From an uncultured Phycisphaerales bacterium (GTDB lineage Bacteria > Planctomycetota > Phycisphaerae > Tepidisphaerales > Tepidisphaeraceae): a stretch of 64,000 bases of DNA. Below, in pieces: positions 13,467-23,953 of the stretch. The notes below the pieces were generated by a model that saw only the letters and a list, made by a program, of their open reading frames with translations, was not told the DNA's origin and ran no database searches. The stretch covers positions 288,001-352,000 of the forward strand of contig CAWJPJ010000008.1 of the NCBI GenBank assembly GCA_963844715.1. Direction: 5' to 3'. A program made the translations under genes and the position numbers. Each line of letters begins with the position of its first letter. The stretch's first letter is position 1.

Positions 13467-13496
13467 GCCATCCGCATCACAACTGGATCGCGCGAA

Positions 13497-13545
13497 CGGC
13501 CCCCACCCCGCCCTCCCCTGGAGTACCGGGGGAGGGGGAAAGAGG
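13497..13545. repeat. REP-like palindrome (CCCCnCCCCnnCCTCCCC-GGAGTACC-GGGGAGGGG family)
   Basis: ccccaccccgccctcccctggagtaccgggggaggggg between convergent genes. Related copies at 14305, 31049, 43023, 43102 and 45070. Confidence 0.8.
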
Positions 13546-13591
13546 GGGCGGGGATTTCGGTGAGATTCCGCTGGATCGATTTCGAAAATTT

Positions 13592-14266
13592 TCACGGAGC
13601 CGACGCCAACTGCTTCGCGACCTCGGCTAAGTTCTGGTGGGCGAGTTCACAGGCGTAATCCACTTCGATCGTTTTTCGATAGGCTTGGATTTTTTTGAGG
13701 GGGTCGGGCTCGGCATCGGCGGCGGCCAGGAATGGGGCGTGCAGGCGCTCCCAGAGGTTCATCACTTCGCTGTAATCGGGTCGGGGCAGTTCGTTTTTTT
13801 TCAGAATCAGGCTGTGGGGGGGAAATTGGTCGTGCGAGATTTGGTCGGTTTCGGTTGGGACGATTACCACGACATCAAACGGTTTTTTGGGGAAGACCGC
13901 GGCGAGGAGGGTCTCTGCATATTGGGCGCGGTCTCGCTGCAAACGGCGGAGTTCGATGGCGGGTTGGATGGTGCCCCATCCTGCGACGAGGAACTGGCCT
14001 TGGGGGAATTGGGGAGCGATTTTTTCGGGGTCTAGTTTGTCATCGGGGGATTTGGCGATCAGGTCCAGGCGGATGGTTCCTTCGCCGCAGCGCTGGCGGC
14101 GCTGGCGGCGGGCTTCCTGCAGGGGCATGTACAGGCGCGCGAGGGCGTCGAAATCGTTTTGGGCGAGGGCCAATTGCTCGGCGCGGACGAGGGTGAGTTC
14201 GGCCTGCAGGTATTCCATGGCCATAAGCTGTTCCTGGCCTTGTTCGCAGAGGGATTGGATATCCAT
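13592..14266 (-). CDS. hypothetical protein
   Basis: 224-aa ORF with natural composition and a TAAAAT element 7 nt upstream of the ATG. Confidence 0.75.
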   Translation of the reverse strand: MDIQSLCEQGQEQLMAMEYLQAELTLVRAEQLALAQNDFDALARLYMPLQEARRQRRQRCGEGTIRLDLIAKSPDDKLDPEKIAPQFPQGQFLVAGWGTIQPAIELRRLQRDRAQYAETLLAAVFPKKPFDVVVIVPTETDQISHDQFPPHSLILKKNELPRPDYSEVMNLWERLHAPFLAAADAEPDPLKKIQAYRKTIEVDYACELAHQNLAEVAKQLASAP

Positions 14267-14304
14267 TGGGTGGATTTTAGTCGCATGTCAATGGAATCGC
14301 GCGG

Positions 14305-14373
14305 CCCCTCCCGTCGTGCCGAAACTAGCGGAAGGGAACAGGGAGTGCTCCCCCGGAGCACCGGGGGCGGGGG
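14305..14373. repeat. REP-like palindrome carrying a ~35-nt insert
   Basis: cccctccc-gtcgtgccgaaactagcggaagggaacagggagtg-ctcccccggagcaccggggg. The insert is nearly identical at 43112-43146. Confidence 0.82.
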
Positions 14374-14381
14374 AATAAGGA

Positions 14382-14978
14382 TTAGCCGATTGAAGTGCGG
14401 AGGGCTGCGACGGCTTGGCGCCATTGGGCGCTGATCTGGGTGGTGTCGTAGACGAGCAGGTCCACGAGGGTGACGTAGTCGCGGTTTTCCAGGGCGGATT
14501 TGATCATCTTGAGCTGGGTGGCGACGTCGTTCAGCAGATCAGCGAGGGATCGGTCGGAGAGACGGATTTTATCGAGGCTGATTTTGGTGATCTGGGCGGC
14601 GCCGGCGAGGGAATCCTGGGCGTGCTGCCAGGCGCCGAAGCAGGCGGCCAGCTTTTGCATGGCCTTGTTGGGTTGATTTTTTTGGAGGAGATCGACGGCC
14701 TGGTTCTTCATGGTTTCGGCTTCATCGAGTTGGGCGGCGACTTGTTCGAGGACCTCGGCGGCCATGCGGCGCGGGTCGGTGGTTTCGATGAAGATGGAAC
14801 GCTCGCCGATGGGGCTTTTGCGGACGTCGCCGAGGCGGTCGAGATCGGGTTCTTCGCCGTCGATGACGATGTTGACGACGAGGCGGTTTTTGGTTTTGAG
14901 ATGGGCGAGGACCTGGCCGACGGTTTGGAGGCCGAGTTCGTCCGTTTGGAGGGGGGAATCGTCGACGGTTACGGGCAT
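14382..14978 (-). CDS. hypothetical helical protein
   Basis: 198-aa ORF with an AGGAG Shine-Dalgarno upstream and a helical C-terminal half. Confidence 0.78.
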   Translation of the reverse strand: MPVTVDDSPLQTDELGLQTVGQVLAHLKTKNRLVVNIVIDGEEPDLDRLGDVRKSPIGERSIFIETTDPRRMAAEVLEQVAAQLDEAETMKNQAVDLLQKNQPNKAMQKLAACFGAWQHAQDSLAGAAQITKISLDKIRLSDRSLADLLNDVATQLKMIKSALENRDYVTLVDLLVYDTTQISAQWRQAVAALRTSIG

Positions 14979-15082
14979 TGGTGTTGCTCCTCTAGAGCGG
15001 CAGACCGCTCTAGCCGGAGATATATCGGCGTGAATGAGGCGGGCGCGTGAATGGGTCCGATAAAGAGGCGTTTTTGAGGAAT

Positions 15083-15922
15083 CTAGGCGGTTTTGACGGG
15101 GTGGGGCTGGGCTTGGGCGGGCGGGGCCGGCGGGGGTTTGGCGGAGGGGAGAAAGACGGTGAAGGTGGTTCCCTTGCCGACTTCGCTTTCGACTTGGATT
15201 CGGCCGTGGTGGTGTTCGACGATTTCCTTGCAGATGGTGAGGCCCAAGCCGGTGCCGTGGGCTTCGTCGGCGCGGGCGGTGCCTTTGGTGGTGAAGAAGG
15301 GTTGGAAGATTTTGGGCATGAGCTTTTCGGGGATGCCGGGGCCGCTGTCGATGACCTGGATTTTGACCTGGTCTTCGACCAGCGCCGCCTTGATGGTGAG
15401 GGAGCCGCCTTTGCCGAGCATGGCCTGGCGGGCGTTGATGAGGAGGTTGAGGAGGACCTGCTCGACCTGTACGCGGTCGGCGTTGACGTAGAGATCGGGC
15501 TGAATCTGGACGCGGAGGGCGATGCCGTCTTTTTGCGGGTCGCGGGCCAGAACGATGAGGGTCTCTTCGACGATCCCCTGGATGGAGACGGCGTCAAAAG
15601 AGGACTGCCCGCGCGCGAGGCTGAGCATGGAGGCGCAAATTTTTCCGGCCTTCTCGGCGCTGACGAAAGCCTTGGAGAGGGCTTTGCAGATGAGGGGCAT
15701 ATCGGGCTTGTCGCTCTGGGCGCTCTGAAGGGCGAACTGGGAATAGCTGACGATGGGGGTGAGGAGGTTGTTGAACTCGTGGGCGATGACGGCGGCGATG
15801 GTGCCGATGGTCGCCAGTCGCTGCGACTCCATGAGCTGATGGTGGAGCTGATCGAGCTGTTTTTGCGCCTGGTCGAGCTGCTGAAGGACGGCTTGCTCGG
15901 GAGTGGGCTTTGAATCGGTCAC
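15083..15922 (-). CDS. histidine kinase (HisKA + HATPase) without a sensor domain
   Basis: AHEFNNLL H-box, QVLLNLLINARQA N-box, DSGPGI, FQPFFTTK and GTGLGL. Confidence 0.95.
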   Translation of the reverse strand: MTDSKPTPEQAVLQQLDQAQKQLDQLHHQLMESQRLATIGTIAAVIAHEFNNLLTPIVSYSQFALQSAQSDKPDMPLICKALSKAFVSAEKAGKICASMLSLARGQSSFDAVSIQGIVEETLIVLARDPQKDGIALRVQIQPDLYVNADRVQVEQVLLNLLINARQAMLGKGGSLTIKAALVEDQVKIQVIDSGPGIPEKLMPKIFQPFFTTKGTARADEAHGTGLGLTICKEIVEHHHGRIQVESEVGKGTTFTVFLPSAKPPPAPPAQAQPHPVKTA

Positions 15923-15990
15923 GTCTGCAATCTATCGGTCGGAGGCGGGGCACCGCTGCATAACGCGCATCCGTGTTACATTGATGGATT

Positions 15991-17730
15991 ATGGGACGGT
16001 ATCGATGGGGTTGGTATCTGGTGGCGGGAGCGCCGGCGCTGATTCCGCTGATATTGATTTTTCGTTACGGGGTGAATTTTCATTACTACGACGAGTGGGC
16101 GCCCGACATGGCGGGGGTGCTGATCAAGGCGCACAGCGGCCAGCTCACGCTGGGCGATATTTTTGCACAGCACAACGAGCATCGGCCGGCGCTGACGCGA
16201 TTGATCTGGGTGGCGATGGATCCGATCACGCATTGGAACAATATTTCGAATCTGATCGTGTCGTGGCTGGTGGTGGTGGGGACTTCGTTCTTGATGGGGC
16301 TGCTGATCCGCAAATCCCAGGTTCGCGGGGGGCTGGTTGTTTGGTTTCTTTGTAACTTGCTGCTTTTCTCGCCCGCGCAGAATGAGAACTGGTTGTGGGG
16401 AATAGGGTTGGCGAATTTTTTGCCGGGGTTTTTCTTTTTGGCGGCGATTTTGGCGGCGCGCTCGCGGCAAGGGATGGCGGTTCGACTGGCGGCTTGTCTG
16501 GGGCTGGCGGGACTGGCGACGGTTTCATTAGGGAGCGGACTTTTGGTTTGGCCTCTGGCGGGTTTGCTGCTGCTTTGGCCGAGGGAGGATGCGTTGGGAG
16601 TGAAAGAAGTTGGGGAGAGGTCGGCGCGGGCGGGGCGTGTGTGGGCGGGACTGGTATGGGTGGCGGCATGGGCGGGGATGATGGCGCTGTATTACCGGGG
16701 ATATGAGCGGCCGACGTTCGACATGAACCCGTACGACCGAACGTTTTGGACGATCTGCGATTGGACGTTGGCGTTCATGGGGTCCTGGTTTCCGCAATTA
16801 CAGGGGCCCGGCGTGTTCTGGGGGCGCATGATCGTGGGGGGAGCGATCGGGTTTGGGGCGGTCGCGGCGGGATTCTATTTTGTGGTGAAACTGCGGATGT
16901 TGGACGAGCGAATGCTGCCTTGGCTTGCGGTGGCGGCGTATGGAATCGCCAGCGGACTGATCGCCGCATTTTTTCGTGCGGGGTTCGGATCGAGCCAGGC
17001 TGTAAGCTCGCGGTACGTCACGCCGGCGGTTTACATTCCGATCGGGCTGATCAATCTGATTGCACTCATGGGCCCTGGGCGGATGTGTAGATTTGCGAAG
17101 GGGGGTTTGGGGCTTGCGCTGGTCATTTCGCAGATTTTGATATTCCCGGCCGCGATGGAGGAAGGGCGATCGCGGGAGCTTATCTTTCGACTCGGGAAGG
17201 GGGCGTTGTTGCTGATCAATATTGTTCCGGACAATCCGCAGTCGCAGTATTTCGGGCATTACACGGCGCAGGGGTTAGTGGGGACGGCCAATGCGCTCGA
17301 TGCGATTGGGGACCTACAGCCGCCGCTGCTGACGTCGAACGACGCCGGGCGGATCGCGCAAGAATGACGGGGGGCGGCGGGATGTGGCGGGGGCGATCGA
17401 CGGGTCGACGAGGCTTTCCGCAACGCAGGTGGGGGCGCGCGGGTGGGCGATTTTTCCGAAGCTGGGGCGGGCCGCGACATGCGTTTTTTTGACGTACGTG
17501 GGCGCGAATGGGAGGCCGATCATTTTGGAGCGGCAGAAATGAGATTCCGGCGCGACGATCTGGCGGACATTATTCCGGAGGGGGATCTTCGCTTTTGCGG
17601 GTGGCAGGCGACTTTGAATACGGGGGAGATTCCGGCGTCGATTCACTCGACGTTTATCGAGGCATGGGTTTTGGATGAGGAGACCGGGCGGGCGACGCCG
17701 CTGGATCGCCCCGTGCGGTTTGAGCGATAG
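15991..17730 (+). CDS. multi-pass membrane protein, putative GT-C-like glycosyltransferase, paralogue 1 (frameshift near 17365)
   Basis: DEW, QHNEHR, ENWLWG and SSRY motifs shared with two neighbours. The C-terminal soluble domain continues in other frames to 17730. Confidence 0.7.
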
Positions 17731-17790
17731 GGTCATGGACCCGCAGGTTCAGCGATTTGCGGGCGCGCTTCCGTGGTACATTGGGCGGCT

Positions 17791-19506
17791 ATGGGACGGC
17801 ATCGATGGGGATGGTATCTGGCGGCGGGCGCGCCGGCGCTGGTGCCGCTGATCATGATTCTTCGGTATGGGGTGAACTTTCATTACTTCGACGAGTGGAT
17901 GCCGGACATGGCGGGGGCGCTGATCAAGGCTCATAACGGTCAGCTTACACTGGGCGATATTCTGGCGCAGCATAACGAGCATCGGCCGGCGGTGATGCGA
18001 TTGATCTGGGTTGCGCTCGATCCGATCACGCATTGGAACAATGTCGCGTATCTGGTCGTGGCGTGGGCGATGGTGGCGGCGACGTCGGGGCTGGTGTTGC
18101 TCCTGATTCGCAAGACGCAAGCGCGCGCGGGGGCGGCCGTGATTTGGTTTCTTTGCAACCTTTTGATCTTCTCGCCGGCGCAGCATGAGAACTGGCTGTG
18201 GGGGATGGGGCTGACGAATTTTTTACCGGCGTTTTTTTTCATGGCGATGGTGGTGATTGCGATATCGAAGCGGTCGATTTGGGTTCGGGTGATTTGTTGT
18301 CTGCCGCCGGCGGTGCTGGCTTTTTATTCTTTGGGGAACGGGATATTGGCGTGGCCCTTGGGCGGATTGCTGCTGGTTTGGCCGCGCGGAGATTCATCGG
18401 CTGTGAAGCGGTTTTGGGCGGGGGTGATTTGGGCGATCGGAGGGGCGGGGACGATCTATCTTTATTATCACGGTTATCATCGGCCGACATTTGGCGCCAG
18501 TCCTTATATCCGGACATTTCCGGCGATATCGATATGGACGCTGGCGTTTGCGGGGTCGCCTTTCCCGCACTGGCAGCCGGCGGGGGTGGAGACGGATCGG
18601 ATTGTGTTTGGAGGGGCGATTATGGCGGGGGTGGCGGCGGCGGTGGTTTATGCCTTCCTGAAGCCTCGGGAGGTTTCGGGGCGGATGCTGCCTTGGATTG
18701 TGGTGGCGGGGTTTGGATTGCTGAGCGGAGTGAGCGCGGCATTTTTCCGGGCGGGGTTTGGGCCGGAACAGGCGGTGAGTTCGCGGTATGTTTCGTCGGC
18801 GATTTACGTTTCGATTGGGTTGATCAATCTGGTGGCGATTGTGGCGGAGGGGAAGCGATTCAAATTGGCGAAGGTGGGACTGGCGGGTGCGCTGATCGCG
18901 TCGCAGGTTTTGTTTTTTCCCGGCGCGATGGAAATCGCGAGGGGGCGGGAGATTCGGTATCGGCTGGGGAAGGGGGCGCTATTGCTGCTGAACGTGGTGC
19001 CGCACACGCCGGAGAGCGCTTATATCGGGGTGTATGAGCCGCCGGGCTTGGTTGAGACGGCCAATGCGCTGAGTGAGATCGGAGACGTGCGGCCGCCGCT
19101 GCTAACCTCGAACAATGCGGCGCTGATCGCTCGGCGGAATGACGGGAGCGTGCATGATGTCGCGGGGGCGATTGATGGGTTTGACAGGCGGACGGCGGCG
19201 CAGGTGCGGGTGCGCGGGTGGGCGATTTTTCCCAAAGTGCCTCGGGCGGCGACTTGCGTGTTCCTGACGTATCGCGATGCGGCGGGAGAGCCGATCATTT
19301 TCGCGGCGGCGCAGATGAGATTCCGGCGGGATGATCTGGCGGCGATTATTCCGGAAGGGGAACTTCGCATTTGCGGGTGGGAGGCGATTTTTGATCCGGG
19401 GGAGATTCCTGCGGCGATTCAGTCGACATTTATCGAGGCGTGGGTTTTGGATGAGGATACGGGGCGGGCGACGCCGCTGGATCGTCCCGTGCTGTTTCAT
19501 CGCTAG
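17791..19506 (+). CDS. multi-pass membrane protein, putative GT-C-like glycosyltransferase, paralogue 2 (intact)
   Basis: Same motifs, about 11 hydrophobic segments, and a C-terminal beta-rich domain (VRGWA...R.DLA...CGW). Confidence 0.75.
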   Translation: MGRHRWGWYLAAGAPALVPLIMILRYGVNFHYFDEWMPDMAGALIKAHNGQLTLGDILAQHNEHRPAVMRLIWVALDPITHWNNVAYLVVAWAMVAATSGLVLLLIRKTQARAGAAVIWFLCNLLIFSPAQHENWLWGMGLTNFLPAFFFMAMVVIAISKRSIWVRVICCLPPAVLAFYSLGNGILAWPLGGLLLVWPRGDSSAVKRFWAGVIWAIGGAGTIYLYYHGYHRPTFGASPYIRTFPAISIWTLAFAGSPFPHWQPAGVETDRIVFGGAIMAGVAAAVVYAFLKPREVSGRMLPWIVVAGFGLLSGVSAAFFRAGFGPEQAVSSRYVSSAIYVSIGLINLVAIVAEGKRFKLAKVGLAGALIASQVLFFPGAMEIARGREIRYRLGKGALLLLNVVPHTPESAYIGVYEPPGLVETANALSEIGDVRPPLLTSNNAALIARRNDGSVHDVAGAIDGFDRRTAAQVRVRGWAIFPKVPRAATCVFLTYRDAAGEPIIFAAAQMRFRRDDLAAIIPEGELRICGWEAIFDPGEIPAAIQSTFIEAWVLDEDTGRATPLDRPVLFHR

Positions 19507-19509
19507 CGC

Positions 19510-20130
19510 TCATTTTTCAGAATCGCCGGGGAGGGCTTTTTGGGGGAGGTCCTGGAAGGCGACTTTGCCATTGGAATAAGTGAGGACCCAGACGCGATCG
19601 TAGACCCGGGGGTTCCATGATTTGGGGGAGTCGGCGCCGAGGGCTTGGGCGAGGGCGGGGAGTTTGCCGTGATGCCAGCAGATGAGGATGGTCTTGGCGG
19701 AGTATTTCGGATCGGTGAGGAGATCGTGGGCGAGGTTGGCGAAATCGGCGCTGGCGTAGGGATCGAGGATGGGCATGTTAAGAGCTTTTGCCAAGGGCGT
19801 GACGGTTTCGATCGGTCGGTTGCTGTGCTTTGACGGGGCGGTGGCGAAGATGAAATCGGGAGTGCAGAAGTGATCGGGGATGACATGAACCAGGGCCTTG
19901 GCGCGCTCGATGCCCTTGGGAGTGAGGTTGGGGTCGGGATTGGAATCGGCGTCGGAATCGGAATTCGAATCGGAATCGGGCTTTTCGGCGTGGCGGATAA
20001 TGTAGATGGCCTTGGGACCCGCGGGATCCGCCGGAGCCGTCGTGTCGGCGGCGAACCCCTGGTTTCCTATCAAAAATAGGCCCGTTGCCAGGAGTGCAAG
20101 AAGAAGGAAACGGCGGCGGGAAATCGGCAT
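19510..20130 (-). CDS. Tat-exported histidine phosphatase superfamily protein
   Basis: SRRRFL twin-arginine signal, IIRHAEK, LTPKGIERA, RPIET and ICWHH. Confidence 0.85.
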   Translation of the reverse strand: MPISRRRFLLLALLATGLFLIGNQGFAADTTAPADPAGPKAIYIIRHAEKPDSDSNSDSDADSNPDPNLTPKGIERAKALVHVIPDHFCTPDFIFATAPSKHSNRPIETVTPLAKALNMPILDPYASADFANLAHDLLTDPKYSAKTILICWHHGKLPALAQALGADSPKSWNPRVYDRVWVLTYSNGKVAFQDLPQKALPGDSEK

Positions 20131-20222
20131 TGAAGACCTCGTTTAGAGAGCGGGGACGGAGGTTTATCGCTGTTTACGGCGCGATTTTCAACCCATGCGT
20201 TGTTTCGGCTACATTGACGATC

Positions 20223-21955
20223 ATGGGACGCAAATGGGGCCGGTGGGGGTGGTTCTTGTTGGCTGTTTCGCCGGCGATTGTGCCGCTGTCGCTGATCCTC
20301 AATTACGGCTTTGATTTTCATTATTTTGACGAATGGATGCCGGACATGGCCGGGGTCCTCCTCAAGGCTCACGCCCACCAACTCACGCTCGGCGACATCC
20401 TGGCGCAGCACAATGAACATCGCCCGGCGGTGATGCGGCTGATTTGGGTGGCGATCGATCCCATCACGCATTGGAACAACGTGGGGGACCTGTTGGCGGC
20501 GTGGTTGCTGGTCGCGGCCACGTCGGTGCTGGTCTGGCTGCTGATTCGCCGGACGCAACCGGAGGGCGGGAGGTTACCCCTCTGGTTCCTTTGCAACATT
20601 CTGATTTTTTCGGTGGCGCAGATCGAAAATTGGCTTTGGGGAATGGGGCTGCAAAATTTCTCCCCGGCGTTTTTTATGTTGGCGACTTTTTGGGTCGCGG
20701 GGTCGAGGCTGCGGATTTGGGGCCGATTGGTTCTGTGCCTGGGGCTGGCGACTTTGGCGACGTTTTCCTCGGGAAACGGAATTCTCGCCTGGCCGCTGGG
20801 AGGCATCCTGCTGCTTTGGGGCGATGATTCCGACTTGCGAAAGGCGAAAAAATGGGTCGCGGCGGTTTGGCTGGCGGCGTGCGGGCTGGTCGTTTTTCTG
20901 TATTACCACGGATATCACTCGCCGGGATTTGAGGGCAATCCCTACGCGAGAACTTTTTCGGCGATCACGCTGTGGACGCTGGCGTTCATGGGATCGCCGT
21001 TTCCTCATTTCGGGAACGTTCAGGGGGCGGTCGACCGGATGGTTCCGGGCGCGGTGGTGCTGGCGGTAGTGTTTGCCTCGGCAATTTACTTCTGCAAGCT
21101 CTGGAAATGCGGGAGGCAGGAAACGTGCGACCGAATTCTGCCGTGGTTGATGGTGGCGGGGTTTGGAGTTTTGAGCGGCCTGAGCGCGGCGTTTTTCCGC
21201 GCCGGGTTTGGACCGGAGCAGGCGGTGAGCGCGCGGTACGTGTCGGCAGCGATTTACACCCCGATCGCCCTTGTGAATTTGGTGGCGATTTTTTTCGGCG
21301 CGGGGCGCTGGAAGCCGGCGCCAGCTGTGCTGGCGGCCGCGCTGGTCCTGTCGCAGGTGATCATTATTCCCAGCGCGATCGATGCGGCGCGGCGCGAGAG
21401 GAGAAGCTTCGGCTGGGGAAGGGGGCGCTGCTGCTGGTGAACATCTTGCCCGACGATCCGGAAAGCGCTCAGTACGGCCCCTATTGGCCGGCGGAGTTGG
21501 TGGCGACGGCCAACGCGCTGAGTGCGATGGGAGATTTGCATCCACGGCTGATCGCCTCGGACCAAGCCGCGCAGATTGCGCGGCAGAACAACGGTGATCG
21601 GCGCGATGCAGAAGGGGAGATCGACAGCTTTACCGAGGATGCAAAGGGTTCGATGGTGGCGGGAGGCTGGGCGTATTTTCCGCAACTGGGGCGTTCGGTG
21701 AGCTGCGTTTTTCTGACCTATCGGGATGCGGAGGATCGACCGATCATCTTCGCCGCGGCGAAAATGGGATTTGATCGGCCGGACCTGGCGGGCAATCTCC
21801 CGCTCGAGGCGACCGGGCGCTGCGGCTGGCAGGCGATCGTCGATCCGGGCAAGATTCCTCAACCCATTCGCGCCACCATTCTGGAGGCGTGGGCGTTGGA
21901 CGTGGAGACGGGACTGGCGACGCCACTGGATCATGGAATCCCGATCCGGAGGTAG
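20223..21955 (+). CDS. multi-pass membrane protein, putative GT-C-like glycosyltransferase, paralogue 3 (frameshift near 21400)
   Basis: MGRKWGRWGW...DEWMPDMAG...QHNEHR...ENWLWG, continuing in another frame as KLRLGKGALLLVN...ATPLDHGIPIRR. Confidence 0.72.
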
Positions 21956-22015
21956 CGTGCATATTTTTGTTGGCTGAGGGGGCGCATGAAGAGCATGAGT
22001 GATGCGCGGCGTGCG

Positions 22016-22452
22016 TTAGCCCCATTTGTGCGGGCAGGATTGGCAGTGATATCTGGGCGGCATATAGGGAAGCATGCCGAGGAGGAGAATGTCCAGAAGT
22101 TTCCAACGCCAGGGAAGGGGGACTTTCTTGACCGCGGTTGAGCCGCAGCGCGGGCACCAGGTGAGGCCCATCTGGAAGGCCTTGATGATCAGATCGGCGC
22201 GGGTAGATCGGATTCGCGGACAAGCAATTCGACCTCCTGCTCGGGGGAGGTTGAGCCCATGAGGGATTGAATGTTGGCGCTGGCGAGGGATTTTTTGAGC
22301 GAGTGCCACTGGGCGACGCTGCGACAGCGCGTGGCGACGGCCCAACTGGCGGGGGCGGGCGGAGCTTGTCTGAAATAGTCGAGGGGTTCGACGGGACTCG
22401 GGCGAGGAGGAGGCTGAGGGGGGAGAGGCGGGGGCGTTTGATTGGATTCCAT
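22016..22452 (-). CDS. small DUF2007-like protein with a CxxC...CxxC zinc ribbon and membrane segment (one frameshift)
   Basis: SLASANIQS...VELLVRESDL joined to CPRCGS...LLDILLLGMLP...HCQSCPHKWG. Confidence 0.6.
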
Positions 22453-22583
22453 GGGTTTGGTCCGCTGGGCTTATTTTAGCGGAATTGCTGCGCGGAATTC
22501 GCATATTTTGGGGTGGGCGAGGAAATTCAACCTGCGAAAAAAGATCGATTGAAAGAGGAGCGGGGGGATTAAGATTGGGGATT

Positions 22584-23150
22584 ATGGCGCGAAAGATTCG
22601 CTGCTCGTGGGTTCCGGAGGACAAGGCGGATTACGTGCGCTATCACGACGAGGAATGGGGCAGGGCGGTGCACGAAGATCGGAAGCTGTTTGAGATGCTG
22701 ATTCTCGAGGGGGCGCAGGCGGGATTGAGCTGGTACACGATTCTGAAACGGCGGGAGGGGTATCGGAGGGCGTTCAGGAATTTCGAGCCGGGGAAAGTGG
22801 CGAAGATGACGGATGGGGAATTGAAAAAGGTGCTGGCGACGGGGGACATTATTCGCAATCGGCTGAAAGTTTTTTCGACGCGGAAGAACGCGATCGTGTT
22901 CTTATCGATCCAGAAGGAATTCGGGTCGTTTGACGCTTATGTTTGGGGGTTCGTTGGGGGGAAGCCGAAGGTGAACCGGCCGGAGTCGATGAAGGAAGTG
23001 GCGGCTCGGACGGTCGAATCGGATGCGCTGGCCAAGGATTTGAAGAAGCGCGGGATGAGTTTTGTGGGGTCGACGATTATGTACGCGTTTATGCAGGCGG
23101 TGGGGTTGGTGGATGACCATATGCGGGGGTGCTTTAGGGCGGGGAAATAG
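22584..23150 (+). CDS. tag: DNA-3-methyladenine glycosylase I
   Basis: RCSW, YHDEEWG, LFEMLILEGAQAGLSW, IIRNRLKV and FMQAVGLVDDH..GC. Confidence 0.97.
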   Translation: MARKIRCSWVPEDKADYVRYHDEEWGRAVHEDRKLFEMLILEGAQAGLSWYTILKRREGYRRAFRNFEPGKVAKMTDGELKKVLATGDIIRNRLKVFSTRKNAIVFLSIQKEFGSFDAYVWGFVGGKPKVNRPESMKEVAARTVESDALAKDLKKRGMSFVGSTIMYAFMQAVGLVDDHMRGCFRAGK

Positions 23151-23191
23151 CCGGGGCAGCGGGACCTGGAAAAAATCGTATCCAAGCCAGA

Positions 23192-23220
23192 TTGACAAAT
23201 ATAACACATGGTATTATAGT
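23192..23220 (+). promoter_or_regulatory. sigma70 promoter of the higBA-like operon with an overlapping imperfect palindrome
   Basis: TTGACA-N17-TATAGT. ataacacatggtattat is an imperfect inverted repeat and a candidate antitoxin operator. Confidence 0.8.
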
Positions 23221-23227
23221 ATGGGTC

Positions 23228-23584
23228 TTGCGCTGGACGCTGATCCAACTGGCGGGTTTTCAGAACCTATGGTCCAGGGAGAGGCTTCTGGACGAGGATT
23301 TGCGATCGCTCGAGACGGCGATTATGCGCGATCCGGCCGGGGCGCCAGTGATGAAGGGAACGGGCGGGCTGCGGAAAATCCGATATGCCCCCTCATCGCG
23401 CGGCAAAGGCAAGAGCGGGTCGATGCGCGTCGGGTTCGCCCAGTTTCCTCAATTCGGGCGAATCTATCTGGTGACGCTATTTCTGAAGAAGGACGCGGAA
23501 AATCTAAGCGCAGCCGATCGCAAAGCAATCAAAGCGGCGTTGGAAGGTTTGGAAGAAGCGCTGAAGAAAGGAAGAAATCCGTGA
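23228..23584 (+). CDS. higB: RelE/HigB2-family toxin
   Basis: DPAGAPVMKGTGGLRKIRYA...GKGKSGSMRV...IYLVTLFLKKDAENLS, with toxin-first gene order. Confidence 0.88.
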   Translation: MRWTLIQLAGFQNLWSRERLLDEDLRSLETAIMRDPAGAPVMKGTGGLRKIRYAPSSRGKGKSGSMRVGFAQFPQFGRIYLVTLFLKKDAENLSAADRKAIKAALEGLEEALKKGRNP

Positions 23585-23952
23585 AGGAAGAGAACAGGAA
23601 ATCTCGAAAGTCGACGCGCGGGATGACTGCCAAGGGGCGGGAAATTGTCGCGTCGCTGCGCGAAGCCATGGAGGTGGAGAGAGCCGGGGTCGCGGTTGAG
23701 TCTCGCTTTACGGTGCGCACGGTGGAATTGCCGGACGATCCGCGACAGTATGGCCCGGATGCGGTGCGAGCGACGCGCGGGAGGATCGGCGTGAGCCAGG
23801 CGATCTTCGCGCATTTGATGGGAGTGTCGCCGATGCTGGTTCGGGCGTGGGAGCAGGGGCAGCGGGTACCGGCAAAGTGGGCTCGCCGGCTGCTGGACGA
23901 AGTGAACCGCGATCCCAGGCATTGGCGGGGATTGTTTCGCAAGGCTTCGTGA
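23581..23952 (+). CDS. higA: HigA-type HTH antitoxin
   Basis: VRATRGRIGVSQAIFAHLMGVSPMLVRAWEQGQRVP...ARRLL. GTGA overlap with the toxin stop. Confidence 0.88.
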   Translation: MKEENRKSRKSTRGMTAKGREIVASLREAMEVERAGVAVESRFTVRTVELPDDPRQYGPDAVRATRGRIGVSQAIFAHLMGVSPMLVRAWEQGQRVPAKWARRLLDEVNRDPRHWRGLFRKAS

Positions 23953-23953
23953 A

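Noticed and set aside
19930..19980. GGAATC-type hexamer repeat as a separate DNA element
   Set aside because: It encodes the Asp/Ser-rich loop DSDSNSDSDADSNPDPN within the histidine phosphatase.
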